From contig JBFIML010000001.1 in the NCBI GenBank assembly GCA_041611735.1, forward strand, positions 32,001 to 96,000: DNA of 64,000 nucleotides, in the 5' to 3' direction. Below are positions 18,494 through 30,052 of this stretch, piece after piece. Under the pieces are notes generated by a model. It saw nothing but the letters and a program-made list of their open reading frames with translations, was not told where the DNA came from and made no database searches. Numbering within the stretch: the first letter of the stretch is position 1; every line of letters starts with the position of its first letter. The DNA is from Myxococcota bacterium (GTDB lineage Bacteria; Myxococcota_A; UBA9160; PR03). The translations under genes were made by a program, and so were the position numbers.

Positions 18494-19945
18494 GTGTTTC
18501 GAGAGCAGGACCGCCAGCGCCCGCGCCGCCGCCTGCGCCAGCCCCGCTGGCCGCTTCCCTGCGAGCAGCCCCCTCGCCGCCGACGGGCTTCCGGGTCCAT
18601 GACGCTGCGGGGCCGATTGACCCTGCTGGTGGCCGGGGTGCTGCTGGTGACCCCCTTCCTGCGCGCCTGCGGGGCGTCGGAGGGGCCCACGGCCCTGGCC
18701 GAGCCCGCGCCGGAATCGCCCGCGCCGCGCCTCGAAGCCCGGCCCCCGGCCTCGGCGACGCTCGAGCTCGTGCGGCGGGAGCTGCCGCCCAGCGCAGCCG
18801 GGCGTTCCGGGAAAGCCGCCGAGCCCTTGTCAGCCCCGCAGGACGCCGCCCGGCTGGTGGAGACGTTGCCGCTGCCCGCCGGAGCGGAGGACATACCCGG
18901 GCCGCTTCGCGTGGAGTACACCCTGCACCCGGAGCTCACGCGGCGCATCGAGCAGGCCCTGCGCCGGGGACGCGTGGAGCTCGGCCACGTGATCGTGCTC
19001 GAGCCGCGCAGCGGACGCCTGCTCGCCTACGTCTCCACCGAGCCGGAACGACTGCCCGCCACGCGGCCCTACCCGGCGGCATCGCTCATGAAGGTGGTGA
19101 CCGCTGCGGCCGTGCTCGAGCACGCGCCGGAACGAGCCCGGCGTCCCTGCCTGTTCCAAGGCAGTCCCTGGCGCCTGACGCGGGCGCGGCTCGACCCGCC
19201 GCAGCGCGGCCGCTCCGTCTCCTTGCGCCGCGCCATGGCGACCTCCAACAACCAGTGCTTCGCCCAGCTCGCGGTCCACGCGCTCGGGCCCCGCACCTTG
19301 CATGGCGAGATCGAGCGCCTGGGTCTCCTGCGCGCCCCGGCCCCGGGTCACGAGCCGGGCCGCCTGGATCACGGGGACGACCCGCTCGAGCTCGGGCGCC
19401 TGGGGTGCGGTCTCGCCGGCTGCGAGATCACGCCGCTCGCCGCAGCCCGCCTGGCCGCTGCGCTGGCGGAGGGCCGGCTGGTGGAGCCGCACTGGATCGC
19501 GCGGGTGGTCGATGCCGCCGGCCGCGAGATGACGCCGGCCCCGCCGGAACCGCGCCGCGTGCTGTCGCCGCGGCTCGCCGCGGAGCTGCGCAGGATGCTC
19601 GTCGACACGACGCGCACCGGCACGGCGCGGCGCGCCTTCCACACCCGCCGCGGGCCGCTGCTGGGGCCGGTCCGGGTGGCGGGCAAGACCGGAAGCGTGA
19701 ACGGAAGCGACCCGAGCGGGCGCTACGAGTGGTTCATCGGTGTGGCGCCTGCCGAGCGTCCCGAGGTGGCCGTAGCCACCCTCGTGGTGCAGAGCGACCT
19801 CTACTGGATCAGCTCCTCCCAGCTCGCCGCCGAGGTGCTGAAGACGCTGTTCTGCCCGAAGGGGGTGTGCCGGGTCGATGCGGTGCGGGACTGGCTCGAA
19901 CCGGCCGCTCCCGACGCACCCCAGAAGCCGGCGTCGGGGGTCTAG
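18494..19945 (+). CDS. Penicillin-binding protein, transpeptidase domain only
   Basis: SxxK (SLMK), SxN (SNN) and KTG motifs; one N-terminal TM; start may be ATG 18599. Confidence 0.85.
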   Translation: MFREQDRQRPRRRLRQPRWPLPCEQPPRRRRASGSMTLRGRLTLLVAGVLLVTPFLRACGASEGPTALAEPAPESPAPRLEARPPASATLELVRRELPPSAAGRSGKAAEPLSAPQDAARLVETLPLPAGAEDIPGPLRVEYTLHPELTRRIEQALRRGRVELGHVIVLEPRSGRLLAYVSTEPERLPATRPYPAASLMKVVTAAAVLEHAPERARRPCLFQGSPWRLTRARLDPPQRGRSVSLRRAMATSNNQCFAQLAVHALGPRTLHGEIERLGLLRAPAPGHEPGRLDHGDDPLELGRLGCGLAGCEITPLAAARLAAALAEGRLVEPHWIARVVDAAGREMTPAPPEPRRVLSPRLAAELRRMLVDTTRTGTARRAFHTRRGPLLGPVRVAGKTGSVNGSDPSGRYEWFIGVAPAERPEVAVATLVVQSDLYWISSSQLAAEVLKTLFCPKGVCRVDAVRDWLEPAAPDAPQKPASGV

Positions 19946-21084
19946 GCGGAGCGGATCTCGGTGAGGACGGTGCCGAGCGAGCCCACCTCGCCGTGGCGCA
20001 GGGACTCGACCGCCGGAAGCCCCGCCACGATCCGCTCCAGGCGGGCCGCCATCGAGGCCTCGATCCCGCGGAAGCGCAGGGCCAGCCCCCGATCGCCTTC
20101 GTCGCGGATCACTTCGGCGTCGATCAGGAAGGGCTCCTCCCGCGCCGAGCCGTAGATCGCGAGCTGCAGGCGTGCGCCGAGCCGCAGCTCCGGGTGGGGA
20201 TCGATCAGCATGCCACCCGCGGAGAGGTCGCGGCCGAGGAGCACGCGGCGCGCGTCACCGGCGAGGGCCACCACTTCGCGCTCGAAGCGCGCCCGGGCAT
20301 GACGTCGCCGCTCGGGGCCGGATTCCTCCTTGCGCTCGCTCTTGCGGTTGGCGCCGGGCCGGCTCGTGGCCGAGGCGGCCTCGATCACCGCGGGTCCTTC
20401 CGAGCGCTCGCGCAGGATCTCGCTCACCCGGGCGCGAGTGGCCTCGTCGAGGCGGCCGAAGCTCACCGCGATCTGCATCTGCCGGCGGTTCTCCTCGGGG
20501 CCGGCCTCCGGGGTCGAACGCACCACCTGGCCGCGCAGGTTGAAACCGCGGCCGCCGGTCAGCTCCGCGGGAAGCTGGATGGCCAGCGAGGTCCCGGCGT
20601 CGTAGGCGTGCTCCGCCACCAGGCTGCACCCGTGCAGGGAGAGGTCCGCCAGCACCGCGCTGCGGCGCCGGAAGCGCGTCCGCACGGTCACCGGATAGCC
20701 GATCGTGGTGCGTTTTTCGCCGCGTTGGTCGTCACCCTGGAAGAGCGCGCGTGTGACCAGGAGACGCAGGGCCACCGGGTGGACGGGCCGGCGCACCAGG
20801 AAGTCGAAGCCGATGCGTCGCAGCATGGCCCGCAGGGTCTGGGAGTCCTCGTCCACCACGGCAATCTTGACCGGGCGGCTCTGGCCGTTGCCGCGCAGCG
20901 GCCATTCGCGGGCCAGCAGCGCCCGCCGCGAGTTGGTCACGAAGAGGTCCCGGGGCGGCTGGACCCGCGCCGGCACGGCGGCCCCTCGCAGGTGGGCGAA
21001 GTCGATGCCGAGCCCGGTCAGGATGTCGCGGACGTCGTCGAGCTCGCCATCGTCGACCAGCAGAACCGGAAAATCGGACCCCAT
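19942..21084 (-). CDS. Tandem PilZ-domain protein with degenerate receiver-like N-terminus
   Basis: RGEKR..DLSLHG and RRRHAR..DLSAGG; N-terminal VLLVDD. Confidence 0.8.
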   Translation of the reverse strand: MGSDFPVLLVDDGELDDVRDILTGLGIDFAHLRGAAVPARVQPPRDLFVTNSRRALLAREWPLRGNGQSRPVKIAVVDEDSQTLRAMLRRIGFDFLVRRPVHPVALRLLVTRALFQGDDQRGEKRTTIGYPVTVRTRFRRRSAVLADLSLHGCSLVAEHAYDAGTSLAIQLPAELTGGRGFNLRGQVVRSTPEAGPEENRRQMQIAVSFGRLDEATRARVSEILRERSEGPAVIEAASATSRPGANRKSERKEESGPERRRHARARFEREVVALAGDARRVLLGRDLSAGGMLIDPHPELRLGARLQLAIYGSAREEPFLIDAEVIRDEGDRGLALRFRGIEASMAARLERIVAGLPAVESLRHGEVGSLGTVLTEIRSA

Positions 21085-21237
21085 GCAGTCCCCGTGGGCC
21101 GGGTCAACGGGCGCCGGCCCCCCAGCCTCAGTCGGCCGAACCCAGCCGGAGCTGAAGGGCAGGCGTGCCAATCCCGGGTCGCCGCCGGCGGTCTCGCCCC
21201 GACGCAGGTTTTCCTTCTAGTTTCGGGAACTTGATGC

Positions 21238-22215
21238 TTACGGGGGGGTGCGACGCCGGCCCGGGCCCCCAGGTCCGAAAGGGCGCCGCGGGTCCCTTCG
21301 AGGCGCTTGCTCCCGGTCCCGAGCCGACCCCTTCTTCGAACCCCGAGGTGGATCGGCGTCCTCCGGGCCCGGCGGCTCCGGGGCCGGCGGTCGCTTGGGG
21401 CCCCGGTCCCGGGGCGCGCCCGCCCCCGGCCCACCGCCCGCGGCGGGAGGCGATCCGACCCGTGCGCGCGGCGCCGCCCGCCGCGCCACGACGAGTCCGA
21501 GGGCGCCGAGCCCCGTCCCGACGGCCAGCGTGGCAGCGGTCGAGGCCAGAGGCGCCACGTCGAGCGTGGCCTCCAGGACCGCGACCAGGTTGTTTGCCAC
21601 GTGGCATGCCACCGCGGCGCGGATCCCCCCCGACCACAGCGTGACCGCGCCCAGATAGAGCCCGAGTACCACGGCCGCAAAGGCGTGCACGAGGTCGCCG
21701 TGCAGGGCGCCGAAGGCGATTGCCGAGAGCGAGACGGCGGCCAGGCCGCCGAGCCGAGGCTCGAGTCCTCGTTGCAGGAAGCCGCGGAAGAACAGCTCCT
21801 CGCCAATGCCGGGCGCGACGCCCAGCCCGAGGAGCACGCCGAGCAACGCCCGCCCTCCGACGTGTGTCAGTCGGGCGTCGAAGTCGGCGAGGGCGCCGCC
21901 CTCGCGCAGCTCGAGGAGCCGCAGCGCACTCTCGGCGGCGTGGCTCACGGCCACGAAGCCCAGCGCCACCAGCAGCCCCGGGCCCGCGGCGAGATGCCCG
22001 GGCCGGAGCCCCAGGCGCTCGCTCAGGGGCGCCCGGGCGAGTGCGGCCCCGGCGCCGGCGGCGAGGCCCAGCACGATCGAACTCGCGGCGGCCTGGAGGG
22101 CCAGGGCGCCGGCTCCCGACGGGTGAAGCCAGCGCAGCAGGGTCTGTGCCCCGGCGATGACGGCGAGCGCAGCCGCTGCGAGGAGCACGGCCAACTGGAT
22201 GCGTCGCTCCTGCAT
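21238..22215 (-). CDS. CPBP (CAAX/Abi) intramembrane metalloprotease
   Basis: EELFFRG, FGALH, HVANN; Pro/Arg-rich tail. Confidence 0.9.
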   Translation of the reverse strand: MQERRIQLAVLLAAAALAVIAGAQTLLRWLHPSGAGALALQAAASSIVLGLAAGAGAALARAPLSERLGLRPGHLAAGPGLLVALGFVAVSHAAESALRLLELREGGALADFDARLTHVGGRALLGVLLGLGVAPGIGEELFFRGFLQRGLEPRLGGLAAVSLSAIAFGALHGDLVHAFAAVVLGLYLGAVTLWSGGIRAAVACHVANNLVAVLEATLDVAPLASTAATLAVGTGLGALGLVVARRAAPRARVGSPPAAGGGPGAGAPRDRGPKRPPAPEPPGPEDADPPRGSKKGSARDREQAPRRDPRRPFGPGGPGRRRTPP

Positions 22216-22286
22216 CCGGGCAGGGTACCGGTGGTCCCCGCTCGTCCCAGGCGGGCACTCGGGAGCCCTGCTGCTACCCTCGCCAG

Positions 22287-22844
22287 GTGAGCGCTTCCCC
22301 GCTGGCTCCCTCCTTCCTCCTGGCCATGCCCGACCTCGCGGATCCCAACTTCAAGCGGACCGTGGTCCTGCTCGTCCACCACGATGCCGACGGCAGCTTC
22401 GGCCTGGTGCTGAACCGTCCGACGGAGATCGCATCCGACGAGCTGTGCGAGACGCTGGGCATCGGCTGGAACGGAGATCCGGATCTCGCCGTGCACTGGG
22501 GCGGGCCCGTGCAGCCGAACACGGGCTGGGTGCTGGCGGGCGACGGGGTGCTCGACGGCGTATCCGAGGCGAAGCAGGTTCGGGACGGCGTGCACTGGGC
22601 GGGCTCGCTCGAGGCACTGCGCCTGGTGGCCGACGAGCCGCCGGCCCGCGTGCGCCTCTTCCTCGGCTACTCCGGCTGGGGTCCGGGCCAGCTCGAGGAG
22701 GAGATCGCGCGCGGCGCCTGGGTGGTGGCGCCCCTGGAGCTCGAGCTTCCCTTCGAGGTCGATTCGGACCGCATGTGGGACCAGGTCTGGCGGCAGCTCG
22801 GCATCAACCCGGCCACCGTGGTGTCGACGCCCGGCGTGCACTGA
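22287..22844 (+). CDS. YqgE/AlgH family protein
   Basis: LAMP.L.DPNF.RTV, GLVLNRP, GGPV, GYSGWGPGQLE.E. Confidence 0.93.
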   Translation: MSASPLAPSFLLAMPDLADPNFKRTVVLLVHHDADGSFGLVLNRPTEIASDELCETLGIGWNGDPDLAVHWGGPVQPNTGWVLAGDGVLDGVSEAKQVRDGVHWAGSLEALRLVADEPPARVRLFLGYSGWGPGQLEEEIARGAWVVAPLELELPFEVDSDRMWDQVWRQLGINPATVVSTPGVH

Positions 22845-22857
22845 GCAACCTGGGCCC

Positions 22858-24693
22858 CTAGCTGCGCGGCGGCGAGGCGGAGCCGCGCGGCGGATAGTCC
22901 AGGCTGTCGTCGAGGCGGGCGATGGCCTCCTGGGGGAAGCTGGGCAGGTAGAGCTCCTGCTTCTCGCGCCAGGTCTGCACCCGCTCCTCCGCCGCTCGCG
23001 TCTTCTCCGCGTCCATTCCCTCGCCCTTCTCCAGGTACGTGGTCTGGGAGGGGAAGGCGAACCCGCTGCCGCTTTCGTCCACGACGTCCATGATGCGCAG
23101 GTAGACGTCCTCCCGAACCGCCAGGAACTCGTTGAAGTCCCGGGTGTCCACGTATGCGAAGATCTCGAGGTCCAGGGAGTAGGCGCCGAAGCCCACCAAG
23201 CGCACGCGCGCCGGCTCCGGCGTGACCTTGGGATGCGCATAGAGCAGCTTGCGGATCTCCACCAGCACCCAGCGCAGCTGGTCGGGGGTGGTCTCGTAGC
23301 GCAGCCCGAGCGTGGCATGTATGCGCATGCGATCGCGGACGGCGAAGTTCTCGAGCTCCATCTGTGCGAAGTTCGCGTTGGGAATCGAGACGAGCGTGCG
23401 GTCCAGCGTACGCACGCGGGTCGAGCGCAGGCCCACGTCCTCGACGGTTCCCACCTTGTCGCCCCAGCGACAGAAGTCCCCCACCCGAACGGGACGGTCG
23501 GCAATCACGGTGATGCCGCCGAAAACGTTCTCGAGCGTCTTCTGGGCGCCGAGCGCCACCGCCAGGCCGCCCACCCCGAGCCCCGCCAGCAGCGTCGTCA
23601 CGTTGAAGCCGAAGTTCTGGAGCATGGCGACGAAGGCGAGCGCGCCGAGGATGACCTTGACCACGCGGCGTCCCAGGGGCAGCACCGCCGTCGCCGCGCC
23701 CTGCCCCTGGGCCACGAGGCGGTCCGAGACCCAGGCGCTGAACACGTCCACCACCCGGAAGGCCAGCCAGGCGAGGGCGACCACGAGCAGCGCCTTCTCG
23801 AGACCGGTGACCACGCGATCCGCCGGGATGGCCAGGGCCAGGAACGGTGTCCCCGCCGAGACCAGCAGCACCGCGAGCCACAGGCGCACGGGGGACCCGA
23901 TCTCGTCCAGCAGGCGGTCGTCGAAGTCGGTTACGGTGCGGGCTACGAGCGGGTGGAGGACGCGCAGCAGCAGTCGGGCCAGGTACCAGGAGAGCGCCCA
24001 GGCCACGATCACCAGCGCGAACAGCCCGATCCACTGCCAGAGCTGGATCTCGAGCATGCTCCATTCGAAGAAGGGGGCCGGGAGCAGGCGGCCCAGGACC
24101 CCATAGCCGAACTGGCTGTACAGGGACGGGACGCGCGCCACGGTAGCGGCCGAGAACTTCCAGATCCGAACGCCGTCCTCGGCGCGGGGCACGCGTTCCA
24201 CGAAGATGCTGACCGCACCACGCCGGGTCTCGATGCTTCCTACCCGGTCCCGATCCGGCGGGAGACCGTCGTCGGTGCGTCCCTCGGGCTCGTCGGAGAG
24301 TGCGTCCGGCTCGATCCAGAGCTTGCGGTCCAGGACCACCTTGAGCTGACGCGCGAGCACGGGCCCGCGGGTCTCGCGCTGCTCCCGGGGCACGCTTCGC
24401 AGGTCCAGGTACTGGGCGGCAGTCTCCCAATTGCCGGCCGCGGCGGCCTCCAGGTAGCCCACCACGGCGCCGCGAGGGACGCCCCGTTCCAGGGCGTCCT
24501 CGGGGCCCGCGGGGGGTGCGAGCGCGGCGTCCTTGGCCGGGCTCTCCACCGTGGGGGCCTCGGCCTCGGGCGCCGCGGGCTGGGCGGCGGCCGGGGTCGA
24601 GAGCAGGGCGAGCAGCAACGCTCCCGCGACGACGTCCAACAGGCGATGGGGGGGCGCGGCGGCCCCAAGGTGGATGGCGAGCATGGGGCGCAT
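22858..24693 (-). CDS. MscS-family mechanosensitive channel with N-terminal periplasmic domain
   Basis: GLGVGGLAVALGAQ, DRPVRVGD, GLRSTR.RT, IPN, FAFPSQT. Confidence 0.93.
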   Translation of the reverse strand: MRPMLAIHLGAAAPPHRLLDVVAGALLLALLSTPAAAQPAAPEAEAPTVESPAKDAALAPPAGPEDALERGVPRGAVVGYLEAAAAGNWETAAQYLDLRSVPREQRETRGPVLARQLKVVLDRKLWIEPDALSDEPEGRTDDGLPPDRDRVGSIETRRGAVSIFVERVPRAEDGVRIWKFSAATVARVPSLYSQFGYGVLGRLLPAPFFEWSMLEIQLWQWIGLFALVIVAWALSWYLARLLLRVLHPLVARTVTDFDDRLLDEIGSPVRLWLAVLLVSAGTPFLALAIPADRVVTGLEKALLVVALAWLAFRVVDVFSAWVSDRLVAQGQGAATAVLPLGRRVVKVILGALAFVAMLQNFGFNVTTLLAGLGVGGLAVALGAQKTLENVFGGITVIADRPVRVGDFCRWGDKVGTVEDVGLRSTRVRTLDRTLVSIPNANFAQMELENFAVRDRMRIHATLGLRYETTPDQLRWVLVEIRKLLYAHPKVTPEPARVRLVGFGAYSLDLEIFAYVDTRDFNEFLAVREDVYLRIMDVVDESGSGFAFPSQTTYLEKGEGMDAEKTRAAEERVQTWREKQELYLPSFPQEAIARLDDSLDYPPRGSASPPRS

Positions 24694-24922
24694 GGATCCT
24701 CCTCGCAGCCTCGTGGCGATCGAGGCCTGGATGGATCCCGGATTCTAGGCGGGCATGGCGAGACTTCGAGGCACACGCGGGTCGCGCGCAGGGAGCAGAA
24801 CGCCGCCGCCCGCCGCTTCGAAAGCCTCTTGGGAATTCGGATCCGCGGGGAGCCTTGAGAGCCCGTCCGAACGACCCGTCGAAGCGGCGACGGCGGCCGC
24901 GAAGAGTTGGTTAGCAAAATCA

Positions 24923-24935
24923 TGACTCGGAGTCA
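24923..24935. promoter_or_regulatory. Palindromic operator-like site in the divergent mscS/MBL intergenic region
   Basis: TGACTC-G-GAGTCA inverted repeat in an AT-rich patch. Confidence 0.45.
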
Positions 24936-25004
24936 ATTCTCTGCGCCAGGTCCGGGGATCCCGGCCCGGGCTGCCTATACTCCGCCTCTCCCTGGAGGTC
25001 CGCG

Positions 25005-25916
25005 GTGCGACGCGTCGCCATCGGCATCGGGGCAGCCCTCGGGGTGCTCGCCGCCCTCGCCGCCATCCTCGGCTACCAGCGGGTCTCCACCCTCGAAGTG
25101 GTGGCCGTGCAGGGCGATGTCCACGTCCTGTTCGGTCTGGGCGGCAACGTCGGCATCCTCCGCACGGAGCGCGGTGCCGTGGTGGTGGACACCATGACGT
25201 TCCGGATGCAGGGGGAGCGCATCCGGCTGTTGGCGGAGCGCCTCGGAGGCGGCCCGGTGCAGGCGGTCCTCAACACCCACTACCACCGCGACCACACCCA
25301 CGGGAACCCGGCCTTTCCCGCGGGCCTGCGCATCGTGGCCACCGCCCGCACCTTGGATCACCTGCGCACCCGGGACGCCGGGTTCTGGCGCGGCCCGACC
25401 GCGGAGAGGCTCCCCAGCGAGACCTTCGTGGCCGAGCACGAGCTGCGGATCGGCGGCAAGACCATCCGCGCCCTGCATCCGGGACGCGGGCACACCGACG
25501 GCGATTTGGTGGTGCTCTTCGTCGAGGATCGCGTGGTCCACCTGGGCGACCTGCTCTTCCAGGGGCGCTACCCGACCGTGGATCTGGAGGCCGGCGGCTC
25601 GTTCCCGGCCTGGATCGAGAGCCTCGACCGGGTGCTCGAGCTCGAATTCGACCGGGCCATCCCGGGGCATGGCCCGCTGACGGACCGGGAAGGCCTGCGC
25701 GCCTTCCAGGACTTCCTCCGCGAGGTGTGGCAGGTGGCGGAGGACGCCGCCCGCGCGGGCCTCTCCCTGGAGGAGACCCTGGCCCGGGCTCGCCTCACGC
25801 GCGACGCGGGCTACGAGCGGATCTGGGTGCCGTTCGTGGTTCGCATGGACCGGGACCTGGTGCTGCGCCGGGCCTGGCAGGAGGCCAGCGGCGCCGCCGC
25901 GGGCCCGCAGGGTTAG
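25005..25916 (+). CDS. MBL-fold metallo-hydrolase
   Basis: THYHRDHTHGN, GHTDGD, GDL, PGHG; N-terminal signal/anchor. Confidence 0.9.
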   Translation: MRRVAIGIGAALGVLAALAAILGYQRVSTLEVVAVQGDVHVLFGLGGNVGILRTERGAVVVDTMTFRMQGERIRLLAERLGGGPVQAVLNTHYHRDHTHGNPAFPAGLRIVATARTLDHLRTRDAGFWRGPTAERLPSETFVAEHELRIGGKTIRALHPGRGHTDGDLVVLFVEDRVVHLGDLLFQGRYPTVDLEAGGSFPAWIESLDRVLELEFDRAIPGHGPLTDREGLRAFQDFLREVWQVAEDAARAGLSLEETLARARLTRDAGYERIWVPFVVRMDRDLVLRRAWQEASGAAAGPQG

Positions 25917-25957
25917 TGCCAGTTGGTGCCAGGCTGGGGACCGAAGGAGGAAACGTC

Positions 25958-26734
25958 GTGGACGTGGGCAGGCTCTTCTCCGTGACCGGCAAGACGGTGC
26001 TCGTGACCGGCGGATCCCGTGGCATCGGACTCATGATCGCCCGCGGTTTCGTGGCCGCCGGTGCCCGCGTGTACGTGGCGTCGCGAAAGGCGGCGGACTG
26101 CCAGCGCGCTGCGGAGGAGCTGTCGCGGGAGGGGACCTGCCAGGCCCTGGTCGCCGATCTCTCCAGCGAGGCGGGCGCACGGGCCCTGGCCGAGGCGTTC
26201 GCGGGGCGGGAGCCGGCGCTGCACGTGCTGGTGAACAACGCCGGCGCGAACTGGGGCGCCCCCCTCGCCGAGTATCCGGAGTCGGGCTGGGACAAGGTGA
26301 TGAGCCTCAACGTGAAGGGCGTCTTCTACCTGACGCGCCACCTGCTGCCCCGCCTCGAGCAGGCGGTCCGGCCCGGCGACCCGGCGCGGGTGATCAACGT
26401 GGGGTCCATCGACGGCCTGCACGTCCCGCTTCTCGAGACCTACGCCTACTCGGCCAGCAAGGCGGCGGTGCACCACCTGACGCGGGTTCTGGCGCGGCGG
26501 CTGGCGCCCCAGGGCATCACCGTGAACGCCGTGGCACCGGGGCCCTTCGAGAGCAAGATGATGGCCGAGACACTGCGACGCTTCGGGCAGGAGATCCGCG
26601 CCAGCTGCCCGCTCGGGCGCATCGGGGAGCCCGAGGACATGGCGGGGGTCGCCCTCTACCTGGCCTCGCGCGCCGGGGCCTACGTGACCGGCGCCGTGAT
26701 CCCCGTGGACGGTGGCATCGCCACGACGGTGTAG
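25958..26734 (+). CDS. SDR-family oxidoreductase
   Basis: TGGSRGIG, NNAG, YSASK, VDGG; GAAGGAGG RBS. Confidence 0.93.
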   Translation: MDVGRLFSVTGKTVLVTGGSRGIGLMIARGFVAAGARVYVASRKAADCQRAAEELSREGTCQALVADLSSEAGARALAEAFAGREPALHVLVNNAGANWGAPLAEYPESGWDKVMSLNVKGVFYLTRHLLPRLEQAVRPGDPARVINVGSIDGLHVPLLETYAYSASKAAVHHLTRVLARRLAPQGITVNAVAPGPFESKMMAETLRRFGQEIRASCPLGRIGEPEDMAGVALYLASRAGAYVTGAVIPVDGGIATTV

Positions 26735-26742
26735 GCCAGGTC

Positions 26743-27972
26743 CTACACGAAGATGCCGGCCACGCAGCCGGTCATCAGCGTGGCCAGGGTGCCCGAGAGG
26801 ATCGAGCGCAGGCCGAGCCGCGCCACGTCGGGGCGGCGCGAGGGAGCCAGGCCGCCGATCCCGCCCAGCAAAATGGCCAGGGAGCCGAAGTTCGCGAACC
26901 CGCACAGGGCGTAGGACGCGATCACCGCCGAGCGGGGCGCCAGGTTCCCCTCCGCCACCTGACGCGCCAGGGCTTCGTAGGCCAGGAACTCGTTGAGCAC
27001 CGTCTTGAGGCCGAGCAGCGAGCCCACCGCCGGAGCATCGGCGAGCGGGACGCCCATCAGCCAGGCGAGCGGCGCCAGCACCCACCCGAACACCCGTTGC
27101 AGGGTGAGGTCCGGCACGCCGACCCAGGCGCCGGCCCCGGCCAGGGCGTCGTTCACCAGGGCGATGCCGGCCACGAACGCGACCAGCATCGCTCCCACGT
27201 AGGCGGCCAGGCGCAACCCGGTCAAGGCGCCGAGCGAGGCTGCGTCGATCAGGTTCGCCGCCGGCCGCTCCACGCGCACCCGCCCACCGCCTGCCGTCTC
27301 CGGCGTCTCCGTCTCCGGCACCATCACCTTGGCCACCACCAGCCCGGCGGGCGCCGAGAGCAGACTCGCGGTGACCAGGTGGCCCGCGTAGTCGCCGCCC
27401 AGGATCCGCGCGTAGGCCACCAGGACCGAGCCGGCGATGGTGGCCATGCCGGTGGTCATCACCGCGAACAGCTCCGAGCGGGTCATGCGCTCCAGGTAGG
27501 CGCGTACCAGGATCGGCGCCTCGGCCATGCCCACGAAGATGTTGGCCGCCGCGGCGAGGCTCTCGGCTCCGGAGGTCCGCAAGGTGCGCGAGAGCGCCAG
27601 GCCGAGCCCATCCACCACCCGCTGCACCACGCCCAGGTGATGCAGCACGGAGAAGAGACTCCCCATGAAGACGATGATGGGGAGCACGTGCACGGCGAAG
27701 GAGAAGCCGGAGCCCGCCAGCGCTCCGAACACGAACTCGACGCCGGCGTCGGTGTACGCCAGCAGCCCGGCCACCGCGGCATTCACGCCCACGAAGAAGC
27801 GGCGTCCGGCGGCCGTCTCCAGCAGGAGCAGGGCGAGGGCGAGCTGGAGGGCGATGCCCCACGCGATGGTGCGCCACGGCATGCGCCGGCGGTCCACGGA
27901 GAAGATCCAGGCGATCCCCACCATGGCCAGCAGCCCGAGCGCCGAGATCGCCCGCAGGCCCAGCTCGCTCAC
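26743..27972 (-). CDS. nupC: CNT-family nucleoside transporter
   Basis: NIFVGM.EAP, MATIAGSV, NEFLAY, CGFANFGS. Confidence 0.92.
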   Translation of the reverse strand: MSELGLRAISALGLLAMVGIAWIFSVDRRRMPWRTIAWGIALQLALALLLLETAAGRRFFVGVNAAVAGLLAYTDAGVEFVFGALAGSGFSFAVHVLPIIVFMGSLFSVLHHLGVVQRVVDGLGLALSRTLRTSGAESLAAAANIFVGMAEAPILVRAYLERMTRSELFAVMTTGMATIAGSVLVAYARILGGDYAGHLVTASLLSAPAGLVVAKVMVPETETPETAGGGRVRVERPAANLIDAASLGALTGLRLAAYVGAMLVAFVAGIALVNDALAGAGAWVGVPDLTLQRVFGWVLAPLAWLMGVPLADAPAVGSLLGLKTVLNEFLAYEALARQVAEGNLAPRSAVIASYALCGFANFGSLAILLGGIGGLAPSRRPDVARLGLRSILSGTLATLMTGCVAGIFV

Positions 27973-28615
27973 CGCGGCGCGAAGGCTCGCGCCAGGGCGC
28001 GCGCCGCCGCCTCGGGATCCGGGGCGCCGGCCACCGCCGAGATCACCGCCGCCGCGGCGGCGCCGCTGCCGGCCACCTGCGCCGCTCGCGACGCGTCGAT
28101 GCCGCCGATCGCCACGGCGGGGCGGGGGGCGGCCAGCCGCACCGCCTCCGCCAGCTCCGCGAGCCCGCGCGCGGCGTACGGCGAGGTCTTCGAGTGGGTC
28201 CCGAAGACGGGCCCGAAGGCCACGTAGTCCACGGGCTCCGCCCCCGCGGCGCGCACCTGCGCCAGATCGTGGGTCGAGCGGCCGACCAGCAGCCGCGTGC
28301 GCGCCGCAGCCGGCAGGCGCGCGGGGGGCAGGTCCTGCTGGCCGAGGTGTACCCCGTCGGCTCCCGCGGCCAGGGCGAGGTCGAAGCGATCATTCACTAC
28401 GAGGAGCGCTGCGTGGCGGTCGGCCAGCGCTCGCAGGGCCCGGGCCCAGGAGAGCGTCTCGCGGTCGGTGGCGTGCTTGGCGCGCAGCTGCACCACCCGG
28501 GCCCCCCCGGCGAGGCCCGCCCGGGCCTGCTCCACGGGATCGTGCTTCCAGCGCGGGTCGTCATCGGCGATCACGTAGAGACCGCGTACCCAATCCGCCG
28601 CCGGGCGGTTGCGGG

Positions 28616-28619
<4 letters not shown>
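27969..28619 (-). CDS. thiE: Thiamine-phosphate synthase
   Basis: QLRAK, VNDR.D, GVHLGQ.D, STH, GPVF.T.SK, AIGGI. Confidence 0.92.

Positions 28620-30048
<1,429 letters not shown>

Positions 30049-30052
<4 letters not shown>

Noticed and set aside
21085-21237. Possible c-di-GMP riboswitch or sigma54 promoter upstream of the PilZ gene
   Set aside because: Lacks the GGCAAA/GACGCAAAG core; the minus-strand TGGCACG has no correctly spaced -12 GC.
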